A stretch of 64,000 bases of DNA, taken from NCBI GenBank assembly GCA_016198755.1, contig JACQIB010000004.1:96001-160000 (forward strand), in the 5' to 3' direction. Numbering within the stretch: the first letter of the stretch is position 1; each line of letters begins with the position of its first letter. Shown here piece after piece: positions 10,025-19,151 of the stretch. The position numbers were made by a program, and so were the translations under genes. The notes beneath the pieces are model-generated. The model did no database searches. It was not told the origin of the DNA and saw only the letters and a program-made list of their open reading frames with translations. Source of the stretch: Candidatus Aenigmatarchaeota archaeon. GTDB taxonomy: Archaea > Aenigmatarchaeota > Aenigmatarchaeia > Aenigmatarchaeales > JACQIB01.

Positions 10025-12584
10025 CAGCCCCTGTCATTTCCAGTTCTATCAGCCTGTTAAATTCAACCGCATATTCCAGAGGGAGTTGTTTTGTAAAAGG
10101 CTGTAAAAATCCGGAAACAATCATAGTAAGAGCCTGTTGTTCTGATAAACCTCTTGACATAAGATAGAACAGCTGCTCCTCGCTCACTTTTCCTACAACA
10201 GCCTCGTGCCCTATAGTTGTGTCTTTCTCCTCTATCTCCATATAGGGTATTGTATCTGATTTGGCTTCCTTATTCAGAATCAAAGCATCGCACTTTACAT
10301 GAGACTTGCAGTTCTTAGCCCCAGGAATAACCTTTACCAAACCGCGGTAGGTTGTTATTCCATTTCCTTTGCTTACTGATTTGGAAACAATTGTAGAAGA
10401 GGTATTCGAAGCCAGATGAACAGCTTTTGCACCAGTATCCTGATGCTGGCCTGAGTTTGCAAATGCTATTGACAAAATATCAGTCTTAGCCCCAGGCCCC
10501 ATCAAATAAACAGAAGGATACTTCATTGTTATTCTGGACCCTATATTCGCATCCAGCCACTCAACATAAGAGTTTTCATAAGCATAGGCTCTTTTTGTAA
10601 CTAGGTTGAAAACATTGTTTGCCCAGTTCTGCAGTGTTGTGTAGCGCACTCGCGAATTCTTGTGGGCTATAACTTCAACAACAGCTGAATGAAGAGAGTT
10701 TGTAGAATAGGTTGGCGCGGAACAGTTGTGCACAGCAACCCCGTTTGCAATGTAGCTTTCATCTTCCTCAACGCCGAAATTGTAGACAGGAACATTTTCA
10801 ACCTCACGCGAAGAAATACTTTTTATCGGAACGAAAGCGTAATTTTCTGTAATATGCGCAAAAGATTTTGCATTTATTTGCTGGAGCATCTGAAAAGCAA
10901 TCTGCTTTCCAACAGCAATTTCTGTTGACGGATATGTTCCGACAGCATTAGCAAAAGCTTTCAGGAAACTTCCGCCAACATGGACGCAGTAAATATCTTT
11001 TCTTTTTCCAGTCCTTTTGTGTTTGTTGAGGCTAGCGAAAATATTCATACGCAAAAGCATTTTATGAAGACTTTCAGCGATATTCTTGGAAATTGTATTC
11101 ATCCTAAACATTCTTTTTACTCCATAAGCATATTGATGCATCATGAAACTTCCATCTCCGCGCCAAAACCCTTTCACTAATTCTTTTTGTTTCTCCGGAG
11201 ATTCTTTCATTACCCAATCTGGAATTCTTTTTCCTGCCGCGCCCTTTGAGAATTGTGTCTCAAAAAATCTTGCAGCAGCTGTTGATGAAAGCACAAGAGA
11301 AATTCCATGCTTATATGGCTTTTGCTCCCATGGCTGCTCGCCGAAATATTTTTTCAACAGCTCTTTCACATCATCAATATAAAGCCTTTCATTTTCATTG
11401 AAAGTGAAATGAACATAATGGCCGCCGACAATGCTGCCTTCTGAAAGATAATATCCTGCGAGCCTGAAAAAATCAGAATCAGTCTTTATTTTAAATTCTA
11501 TTGTTTTGAAGCCGTGCCTGCCAGTCCCCTTTTCTATAGGAAAAATTCTTTCTTCTTGTGTTTCAACTTTTCTATCAATAGGAATCGCAAGATAATCTTC
11601 TTTGCCGAGATCTTCCACTTTCACCCAATCTGGCTTCCACTCTGTATTTTTATATTCATGTTTCTGCCTCTTCACAGCAAGGAATGGATGTTCTCCAGTA
11701 ACTTCTATATTTTTTGTCGAATCTCCAAAATATTGTATTGTGAAAAGCCCTCCTGTGTGTGGGCGGACTTGAATATGATAAACTTTTTTCAGCCTGTTAT
11801 TGTGTGTTATAACAAAGTCACCAACTTTAACATCTTCAATTTTTTTGATTCCATTTGAAGTTACAACAGGTGCACCCGCAGTAAAGCAGCCTTCTATATA
11901 GTGTACCGAAGCTCCCTCTTCCACAATTATTAAAGTTCTTTCAAACTGTCCAACATTTTTTGCGTTTATTCTGAAGTAGGCTTGCAGAGGAAGTTCAACT
12001 TTCACTCCTTTTGGAATATAAACAAAGCTCCCCCCACTCCAGACTGCAGTATTCAGAGCAGCAAATTTATTGTCAGCAAATGGAACAACAGTGCCGAAAT
12101 ATTTTTTAACAAGCTCCGGATGTTCTTTAATTGCTGTATCTGTATCGCAGAAAATAACTCCAAGCTTTGCCAAATCCTCCCTTACCTTATGGTATACTGT
12201 TTCTGAATCAAACTGTGTTCCGGCACCTGAAAGGAACTTCTTTTCAGCTTCAGGTATTCCAAGCTTATCAAATGTTTTTTTAATATTCTTAGGCACATCC
12301 TTCCAGTCTGTGGAAGTTTTTGCATTCGGGCTCACATAGTAAGCTATATCATCAAAACTGACAACTGAAAGGTCTGCTCCCCATGCAGGCATTGTCCTTT
12401 TCAGGAAATGTGCCAAAGCTTTCAATCTGATGTTTAGCATCCACTCCGGCTCTTTTTTTATCTCTGAAATTTTCCTTACAACAGCTTCTGAAAGGCCGTT
12501 AGGTAGTCTGAATTCCTTTACGTCATTCTTTTCCCTGTATTTTTCTGTGTTTATGTCCAAAAAACCTGTTTTCTGCCCAGCCAT
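10017..12584 (-). CDS. sufB: Fe-S cluster assembly protein SufB, intein-containing
   Basis: SufB motifs (AVWSGGSF, GQFERTLI, HYIEG|C, LHSAVVE, TMKYPS) interrupted by a 388-aa insert. Confidence 0.97.
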   Translation of the reverse strand: MAGQKTGFLDINTEKYREKNDVKEFRLPNGLSEAVVRKISEIKKEPEWMLNIRLKALAHFLKRTMPAWGADLSVVSFDDIAYYVSPNAKTSTDWKDVPKNIKKTFDKLGIPEAEKKFLSGAGTQFDSETVYHKVREDLAKLGVIFCDTDTAIKEHPELVKKYFGTVVPFADNKFAALNTAVWSGGSFVYIPKGVKVELPLQAYFRINAKNVGQFERTLIIVEEGASVHYIEGCFTAGAPVVTSNGIKKIEDVKVGDFVITHNNRLKKVYHIQVRPHTGGLFTIQYFGDSTKNIEVTGEHPFLAVKRQKHEYKNTEWKPDWVKVEDLGKEDYLAIPIDRKVETQEERIFPIEKGTGRHGFKTIEFKIKTDSDFFRLAGYYLSEGSIVGGHYVHFTFNENERLYIDDVKELLKKYFGEQPWEQKPYKHGISLVLSSTAAARFFETQFSKGAAGKRIPDWVMKESPEKQKELVKGFWRGDGSFMMHQYAYGVKRMFRMNTISKNIAESLHKMLLRMNIFASLNKHKRTGKRKDIYCVHVGGSFLKAFANAVGTYPSTEIAVGKQIAFQMLQQINAKSFAHITENYAFVPIKSISSREVENVPVYNFGVEEDESYIANGVAVHNCSAPTYSTNSLHSAVVEVIAHKNSRVRYTTLQNWANNVFNLVTKRAYAYENSYVEWLDANIGSRITMKYPSVYLMGPGAKTDILSIAFANSGQHQDTGAKAVHLASNTSSTIVSKSVSKGNGITTYRGLVKVIPGAKNCKSHVKCDALILNKEAKSDTIPYMEIEEKDTTIGHEAVVGKVSEEQLFYLMSRGLSEQQALTMIVSGFLQPFTKQLPLEYAVEFNRLIELEMTGAVG
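10725..11888 (-). mobile_element. Intein with LAGLIDADG homing endonuclease in SufB
   Basis: Starts CFTAGAPV, block B VTGEHPF, LAGYYLSEG and VKGFWRGDG motifs, ends VYNFGVEEDESYIANGVAVHN followed by Cys+1. Confidence 0.95.
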
Positions 12585-12589
12585 TATTC

Positions 12590-13333
12590 TCACCCAAAAG
12601 CCTCATATCCTTCCTTTTCAACTTCCCCAGCTAATTCCGCTTTCCCGCTTTTCACAACCCTCCCATCCTTGAAAACATGCACAAAGTCAGGTTTAACATA
12701 CTTCAAAATCCTGTTATAGTGTGTAATAAGCAAAACCCCGGTTTTATTCTCTTTCGCAGATTGTTCAATTCCCTTTCCCACAACTTTCAAAGCGTCCACA
12801 TCTGTACCTGAATCAGGTTCATCCAAAATTGCAATTTTTGGCTTTAGCATATTCATTTGTAAAATCTCAGCGCGTTTCTTTTCCCCTCCCGAAAACCCTT
12901 CATTTAACCCGCGCCTGATAAATTCATCTCCCATTCCAAGCCTTCCCATCTGCTCTTTCAGAATCTTATGGAATTCCATTACCGGAGGAGCTTTCCCATT
13001 GGAAGAAATCAATGCAGTGCGCAGAAAATTTCCCAGACCAACTCCTGGAACTTCCATTGGATACTGAAAACCCAAAAAAAGCCCCATATGCGCGCGTTCA
13101 TTGGCTGGGAACTTAAGTATGGATTTTCCATCAAGCAGAATATCCCCTTTTAGAATCTTGTATTTTGGGTGCCCCATTATAACTGAGCTAAGTGTGGATT
13201 TTCCGGAACCATTGGGTCCCATAATAGCATGTACTTTCCCCTTTTCTATAGTTAGATTAACGCCTTTCAAAACTTCCTTCCCTTCTATAGAAGCCCACAA
13301 ATTTTTTATTTCCAGTTTCACTGGCTCACCCAA
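12590..13333 (-). CDS. sufC: Fe-S cluster assembly ATPase SufC
   Basis: [34 protein letters not shown]. Confidence 0.96.
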   Translation of the reverse strand: MGEPVKLEIKNLWASIEGKEVLKGVNLTIEKGKVHAIMGPNGSGKSTLSSVIMGHPKYKILKGDILLDGKSILKFPANERAHMGLFLGFQYPMEVPGVGLGNFLRTALISSNGKAPPVMEFHKILKEQMGRLGMGDEFIRRGLNEGFSGGEKKRAEILQMNMLKPKIAILDEPDSGTDVDALKVVGKGIEQSAKENKTGVLLITHYNRILKYVKPDFVHVFKDGRVVKSGKAELAGEVEKEGYEAFG

Positions 13334-13694
13334 AACTCTTGCCGCACCCGCAGGTAGAGCGTGCGTTAGGGTTTATTACTTGTACTCCCCCTCCTTGCAG
13401 TCCTTCAGAGTAGTCTATTGTTGCCCCCTTTAGCATTGCAAGAGAAGTCTTGTCTATAAACACTCTCAGGCCTGAAAATTCCAAAATCTGATCACCTGCT
13501 TCAGGGTCCTTCAAAAATGTGAAATCATATGAGAAACCAGCACATCCCCCAGGCAAAACCTGTATTTTTAACCCATACCCATCTAAGCTCTGCCTCTTCA
13601 TTATGTCCCTTATTTTTTCTGCAGTATTATTTTCCATACTCAGACTGTCTGAATTCTTCCCGACCTGTACTGTTTCCGCGTGTGCATGAACCAT
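13326..13694 (-). CDS. A-type Fe-S carrier (SufA/IscA/ErpA family)
   Basis: GGCAGFSY and [12 protein letters not shown] motifs; GAGGTGA SD upstream. Confidence 0.93.
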   Translation of the reverse strand: MVHAHAETVQVGKNSDSLSMENNTAEKIRDIMKRQSLDGYGLKIQVLPGGCAGFSYDFTFLKDPEAGDQILEFSGLRVFIDKTSLAMLKGATIDYSEGLQGGGVQVINPNARSTCGCGKSFG

Positions 13695-14054
13695 ATTCTC
13701 ACCTCAATTGTTTTCGCTTTCCTACCGTATAAATATAACGGTGTTATAAACTTTTACATCTTTTAAAATGTTGTTAATAGTTCCTTTTCCACCCATATAA
13801 AGTGATAGGGTTGAAGGTGTCTGGAACATATACAGTAATTGGCAGAACCCCCATATAAATGCCACTATTTGGTAGTAATAAATATTCAAATATAACAACG
13901 TCCTAAGTTTTATGGGGCATTTAATTGTATAACGAATATAAGTTCTATAAAAGACAGGTAGATATTTTAGAAACAGAGAATTTTTACTCTCTCTATAGTG
14001 CAATGGAACCAACTTCTTTTTAAGTCTCAGTAGCAGAATTTAGAGCGAGATAAA

Positions 14055-14780
14055 ATGCCACTGAAAATAGATACATACGAGTTTACGGAGATTATACAGG
14101 CAACTCCAGATGTGAAAATTTTCAAGTTTAAGCCTGTGATCCCTGAAACAAAGATATTCAATTATAAACCAGGGCAGTTTTTAATGATGTACATGTTGGA
14201 CAGTGAGGGAAAACCAACCAATTTAGCTCGCGCCTATTCAATTTCCTCCAACCCTATACAAAAAGACCATTTGGAGCTTACAATAAAGATAACAGGCAAG
14301 TTTACAAATATGCTGGACAAAATGAAAGTCGGAGATAGGGTTGGTGTAACAGGCTCCTTTGGAGTTTTCACTTACAACACTGAAAAACATAAGGACACTG
14401 TAATGATGGCCGGCGGAGTTGGAATAGCCCCTTTTATTAGCATGGTACGCTTTTCAACAGCACAAAAACTCCAGAATAAAATCTTTCTCTTTTACAGCAA
14501 CAGAACAAATAAGGATATTTCCCATCTGGAAGAACTAAAAAGGCTGGAGGAGGAAAATCCAAACTTCCGTGCAATTTACACTGTAACAAGAGATGAACCA
14601 GCTTCTGGAATACATGAACAGGGCAGGTTTAACGAAACCCATATACAAAAATATCTGCCAGCCCTCGAAGGAAAGAACTTTATGCTATGCGGCTCAACAG
14701 CAATGGTAAATGATTTCACAGCAATTCTTCAGGCACTGGGAGTTGAAAAGTTCAGAATAACAGCAGAAAAGTTTGGCTAA
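14055..14780 (+). CDS. Ferredoxin-NAD(P)+ reductase-family FAD/NAD(P)-binding oxidoreductase
   Basis: PGQF, RAYSISS, GKFT, AGGVGIAP, LCGS and a terminal E-x-F. Confidence 0.9.
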   Translation: MPLKIDTYEFTEIIQATPDVKIFKFKPVIPETKIFNYKPGQFLMMYMLDSEGKPTNLARAYSISSNPIQKDHLELTIKITGKFTNMLDKMKVGDRVGVTGSFGVFTYNTEKHKDTVMMAGGVGIAPFISMVRFSTAQKLQNKIFLFYSNRTNKDISHLEELKRLEEENPNFRAIYTVTRDEPASGIHEQGRFNETHIQKYLPALEGKNFMLCGSTAMVNDFTAILQALGVEKFRITAEKFG

Positions 14781-15964
14781 GCCAGACCTTCCTCCTTGGC
14801 TATAATTTCAGCGACATAATCTATACCATCTATTCCAAACATCTTTAAATCAGTTTCATATGCCTGCATTAGTGAAATACCTCCTTCAGGGTCTGTTGAT
14901 GCAGGTTCCCTCTCCAAGCTCCATTCATTGAATGTTATCTCAAAATCCCCATCTGTACATTTTGCAGGGAAAAATCGTTTGCCTGGAGTATTCACATAGG
15001 CTTCCCATATTGTTCCCCAGCCAGCTCTGCCAGCAGTTCCAAGGCAGGCAGGGTTGCTCATAACAGACTCGGGCAGAATCCTGCCTCCAATCTTTCTTGC
15101 TGTTTCAGCAAAAGTATCAGGAAAAGCTATATCTATTCCAGTTCTCTTAAAGTCTTCAAGCCTTTTCAGCAGCTCCTGTTCCCCATAACCAGCCCCGCTC
15201 ATGTTAGCATATATAAAATTTGGCAACGGTGACAAATCCCTAGGCATCTTACTTTTCAGCGGAGGAGTTTTGACCTCATTCACATGCGGTTCCCTCCCAT
15301 TTACAAATGAAAGTGTGTGTATTCTTGGAAGGAAAACCTTCCTGTAAGAATTTGCTCCTCTTGTTTTATCGAAAATAGCTGCTGCTTCCCTTAATTTTTC
15401 TGATGTTACACCAACAGGCAGCTGTATTATGCGCCCTTCATAGCCATTATCAGCAACATCTGCAACCCTTCTTGCAAATTCTGGGAATACAAAAGAACAA
15501 GTGCTGTATGCAGGCAGGCCTGTCGCAAATTGCATCCAAGTCATAAGTTCAAATTTCATGCTTTCGGGCTGTACCACAACCTCTTCTCCAGTTCCCAAAG
15601 AAACTGCTTTAACAGGTTTTTTCAGCTTCTCTTGGAAAGCTTTTTGCGTCTTCTCTCCATCTCTAGTAAGCCTTTCTAAATAATCAGGATATCCCTGTTT
15701 GTTTTGCATTACAGGTAGAAGATGTTCCCCCAGTTCCCTGCTCATATAAATATTGTCCAATCCAGAAGGCTCAAGCCTCCTTTCCATTATACCTTCCTGC
15801 GTTCCGGGATAAAATAGCGGAATAAGAACCCCGTACTGCAAGGCTGGATTTTCTTTTCTTGCAATCTCTCCAATTCTCCTACCAATTTCAGCTCCCACAA
15901 GGTATGGAGCATGACCATGACTTGGGCTTAAAACAGCTACAACACTGTCTTTTCCAAATTCCAT
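14777..15964 (-). CDS. Divergent GT-B glycosyltransferase-like protein
   Basis: N-terminal SPSHGH and C-terminal GRAGWGTIWEA resemble MurG/GT28-type motifs. Confidence 0.45.
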   Translation of the reverse strand: MEFGKDSVVAVLSPSHGHAPYLVGAEIGRRIGEIARKENPALQYGVLIPLFYPGTQEGIMERRLEPSGLDNIYMSRELGEHLLPVMQNKQGYPDYLERLTRDGEKTQKAFQEKLKKPVKAVSLGTGEEVVVQPESMKFELMTWMQFATGLPAYSTCSFVFPEFARRVADVADNGYEGRIIQLPVGVTSEKLREAAAIFDKTRGANSYRKVFLPRIHTLSFVNGREPHVNEVKTPPLKSKMPRDLSPLPNFIYANMSGAGYGEQELLKRLEDFKRTGIDIAFPDTFAETARKIGGRILPESVMSNPACLGTAGRAGWGTIWEAYVNTPGKRFFPAKCTDGDFEITFNEWSLEREPASTDPEGGISLMQAYETDLKMFGIDGIDYVAEIIAKEEGLA

Positions 15965-15984
15965 AACAGCATTTTGAAAGAAAT

Positions 15985-16404
15985 CTATTTAAATGACTTA
16001 TTATTCGTATTCTCACCAAGCTTTGTTCGCCCTTTAACCCATTCTATAAATTTCATAGCTTCTTTAACCAAATTTTCAGCTACCGCCTTTGAAACTGACG
16101 TTCCCAAATAACCGGCAGTATTTCTCATTTCAAGAGCATCTCTTATGATTTTCCTTCCTGCGCTATCATTTATAATTCTTACCACGTCTGTGTGGAATTG
16201 TATGGCTTCCCTATGGTCTTTTGAAGCCCGCTTTCCCAAAAAGAATATTGTTAACGCATCGTTTGCATTTATAATGGACTGTGTAGCATCAAACCCAGCT
16301 GCATTAAGCCTGTTTTTATTTAAATTATCTGCCGCAGATTCCAAAAATTCTCCGGCTTGTTTCAGGTAATCTGCCGCCTCTTCTTTTTTCACTTCTTTAA
16401 CCAT
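15985..16404 (-). CDS. HEPN domain protein
   Basis: INANDALT...GKRASKDH, closely similar to 5647-6039. Confidence 0.85.
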   Translation of the reverse strand: MVKEVKKEEAADYLKQAGEFLESAADNLNKNRLNAAGFDATQSIINANDALTIFFLGKRASKDHREAIQFHTDVVRIINDSAGRKIIRDALEMRNTAGYLGTSVSKAVAENLVKEAMKFIEWVKGRTKLGENTNNKSFK

Positions 16405-16979
16405 TCTAAATCACCATATAAAACTTTTCCTTCTTCTGCCAGTTTTACTATAAAGTCATCCATTCTCTTCAACTTTTCTTTATACTCTCCCTGTTTCATA
16501 TATGTAACTGAAATAAAAATATCATAACTTTCAATGATCCTTTGGACTTCTTCATAGAGTTTTTTGTCTATAGTTTCTTTGCTCCCTTTGTAAATTACTA
16601 AGATATCAATATCGCTTTTTTCTTTAAATTCCCCCCTAGCTAAAGACCCGAATAAAATCAAGTTTATAATACCTCTTTTATAGACGCTTTTTGCAAAGCT
16701 TTCCGCTATTTTAATTGGTTTTTCCCTTTCTGCCTCAAACAAGCTTTTTAGTTCAGGATAGAAAAAAATACTCTTATTCAGGCAGTATAACCTTGATTTG
16801 TCATTTAATTTGGTCTTCAAAATCCTGAACTCCACAAGATCTTTAAGTGCAGGATGGACAGTTCCATAAGAGAGGTTAGAATATTTGGCTATATCCTCAA
16901 AGCGCATATATTTATCTATTTCCATCATTGTGCGCAAAACTCGTATTTTTGTTTTGGATGCTATAGCTTCTTCCAGCAT
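16389..16979 (-). CDS. wHTH-MNT antitoxin
   Basis: wHTH N-terminus; LFGSLARG...SDIDIL. Confidence 0.9.
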   Translation of the reverse strand: MLEEAIASKTKIRVLRTMMEIDKYMRFEDIAKYSNLSYGTVHPALKDLVEFRILKTKLNDKSRLYCLNKSIFFYPELKSLFEAEREKPIKIAESFAKSVYKRGIINLILFGSLARGEFKEKSDIDILVIYKGSKETIDKKLYEEVQRIIESYDIFISVTYMKQGEYKEKLKRMDDFIVKLAEEGKVLYGDLEWLKK

Positions 16980-17001
16980 ACTAATTATTACACAAAAGTT
17001 C

Positions 17002-17047
17002 TATTTAAATCTATCTATTTTTAGATATTTTTATCTAAATTTAGATA
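17002..17047 (-). promoter_or_regulatory. TATA box plus twin palindromes of MNT-HEPN pair 2
   Basis: TTTAAATA (minus, 17002-17009); TATCTA-N4-TAGATA at 17012-17027 and 17032-17047. Confidence 0.7.
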
Positions 17048-17371
17048 TTATTCGTATTCCCGCCAGACATGGTTGCATTTTACGCAGCGGTAGAATCTTG
17101 TTGGGGGCTCGTCAGCACTTCTTGTTTGCTGCATCCACCAGAAAGCTTCTTCTGACTCACACTTCGGGCATTGTATTTTTGTTTTAGGCATCAATTCAAT
17201 TTGCGCTTTCTTTTCAACAACAACAACCTGCTCCTGCTTCTTTATTCCTCTGGATCCTATCTTAAACTCCCCGCGGGAAACTTTTGCATAGCTTTTCTTT
17301 CCACAATTCCTGCAAACTAATGCAGAGCCCTGTGGCAACATTGATCCCCCACATTTATCACAGAATTCCAT
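17048..17371 (-). CDS. tfs: Transcription factor S
   Basis: Two Zn ribbons and QTRSADEP. Confidence 0.95.
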   Translation of the reverse strand: MEFCDKCGGSMLPQGSALVCRNCGKKSYAKVSRGEFKIGSRGIKKQEQVVVVEKKAQIELMPKTKIQCPKCESEEAFWWMQQTRSADEPPTRFYRCVKCNHVWREYE

Positions 17372-17415
17372 TTTAACCCTCTTTTGTGCGAAAACAGAGT
17401 TATTTCCCTTTCTAT

Positions 17416-18576
17416 TTAAAGCTTTAGAATATGCGGCAATTTGTTAAGCCTGCGGAGTTTTCCCTTCCAAATTGCCACAAGGTCTTCAATCCTGATTCCA
17501 AACTTCCCTGGAAAATACAATCCAGGTTCGATGCTGAAAACCTGCCCGTTTTTCAGAATATCAGTGCTCAGATGGGAAATTGCAGGGCTTTCATGCACAT
17601 AAAGTCCAATCCCATGCCCTGTGCTGTGTAAAAATCCATCCTTTGCTTTTTCATTTTTCCTCATAGTTTGATACCCATTATTTTCCAGAACTTCGCAAAC
17701 AGCAATATCCACTGCTTTCGCTTCCCCACCAATTTCCACAGCGTTGTATCCGGCTTCCATTGCTCTTTGAACAGCAGAAAACGCTTCTTTTATCTCTTGA
17801 GAACAACTGCCTAAAAGCAAAGTCCGCGTGCAGTCTCCCCAGTATCCTCTCCGGCTGCGCGGGTAAATATCCAGCACCAAAGGGGAATTCTGCTGGATTT
17901 TTTCTTTTGGTTCTCCCTGATAGTGTGGGTCAGCTGCTTTTGTTCCTGTAGAAACAATAAATCCTTCAGGAAAATCCATGCCAAGTTTTTCAGCTTCCAC
18001 ACGCATCACACCCTTTATTTTGCCAATATTTTTCCCGGGCTTTGCAACCTTTGCACCAGCAAGAATAATGCTTTCTGTGGAGTGCTGTGAAAATTCAATT
18101 GCAGCAATTTCATTTCCACTTTTGGTTTCTCTTGCATCAGAGAGAGCTTCAGTTGATTCAGATATTTTAAACTGCAGGCGGGAAGCAAGACCCCAAGGGA
18201 ATGATTTTGGCAGTCCCACATTTTTTGCTCCAGCCCTTTTAACCAAAGCAGTTGCTGTTTCTGCCAAAGCAAGACTGGAAGCTTCAGAACGTTTCAAGCC
18301 TTTTTTCAGGAAATTTTTATAGAAAGAAAAATAACCCAGCTGCTCAAAAGTCAGTATTTTACAGTTTCTATAACACTCTTTTTTTGCTCTGCCAGCCTCA
18401 AACCCACCCACAACTAACCATGGATTTTTGGAGAATAAAGCCAGAACAGGATCTGGAGTTGAGAATCCTGTTAAGAATCTTATGTTTTCATCCTTCCCGT
18501 ATAGCAGGATAGAATCAATTTTTTCCGCAGACAAAAGTTTTGGAAGATCTGAAAGCATGCAAGAAATTGTACGCAC
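17416..18576 (-). CDS. Xaa-Pro aminopeptidase (M24 family)
   Basis: D...DCTRT, HSTGHGIGL.VHE, EPGLY, GIRIED. Confidence 0.93.
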   Translation of the reverse strand: MRTISCMLSDLPKLLSAEKIDSILLYGKDENIRFLTGFSTPDPVLALFSKNPWLVVGGFEAGRAKKECYRNCKILTFEQLGYFSFYKNFLKKGLKRSEASSLALAETATALVKRAGAKNVGLPKSFPWGLASRLQFKISESTEALSDARETKSGNEIAAIEFSQHSTESIILAGAKVAKPGKNIGKIKGVMRVEAEKLGMDFPEGFIVSTGTKAADPHYQGEPKEKIQQNSPLVLDIYPRSRRGYWGDCTRTLLLGSCSQEIKEAFSAVQRAMEAGYNAVEIGGEAKAVDIAVCEVLENNGYQTMRKNEKAKDGFLHSTGHGIGLYVHESPAISHLSTDILKNGQVFSIEPGLYFPGKFGIRIEDLVAIWKGKLRRLNKLPHILKL

Positions 18577-18602
18577 CAGAATAAAAGCTTGTCTCAGGCT
18601 TT

Positions 18603-19067
18603 CTATTCTTTTGCAAGCCCAAGCGCTTCAAAAACCCCCACTTTTACCCAACCTAAGTAAGGAATTTCAAAAATAGCCTTTCCATGTATTTGCGATGCTC
18701 TTATATTGTGTTCAAAATTCCCCTGCACAGAATTTGCATCCCCTTTTGTTTCATATGTTCCATCAGGATTAATTGCTATTACCCTGTGTATTATTGGATA
18801 TCTGTAACCTCCGGTGGAAGCATCAAAAACAACAATATCCCCAATAGAAAGTCCGCTTGGGCTGGACACTATAACCATATCCCCTTTGGAAAACTCAGGA
18901 ACCATGCTGTTTGAGAAAACAGCAACAACTGGAGTATCTGTATGCAGGGCAAACCCAAGTCCCCAGTTAACTCCAATTGCAATTGCAAACCCTAAAACAA
19001 TGTAGAAACCAGTTCCAAAAAGGCTGTTTCTCTCGTTTACTTTAGCCCAAAACTCCCGCAGATTCAT
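18603..19067 (-). CDS. Archaeal signal peptidase I (Sec11/S26B)
   Basis: SNSMVP, GDIVVF, IIHRV, TKGDAN; start moved to MNLREF. Confidence 0.92.
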   Translation of the reverse strand: MNLREFWAKVNERNSLFGTGFYIVLGFAIAIGVNWGLGFALHTDTPVVAVFSNSMVPEFSKGDMVIVSSPSGLSIGDIVVFDASTGGYRYPIIHRVIAINPDGTYETKGDANSVQGNFEHNIRASQIHGKAIFEIPYLGWVKVGVFEALGLAKE

Positions 19068-19151
19068 AATTAAACACTCTTCCGCAGCCTTTTTAAGTAT
19101 ATTGGTTTCTCCTACTCTAACTTTATATATAGGCCTGACAATAAAATATTC

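Noticed and set aside
13722-14012. 96-aa minus-strand ORF
   Set aside because: AT-rich divergent promoter region, non-ATG start, implausible composition.
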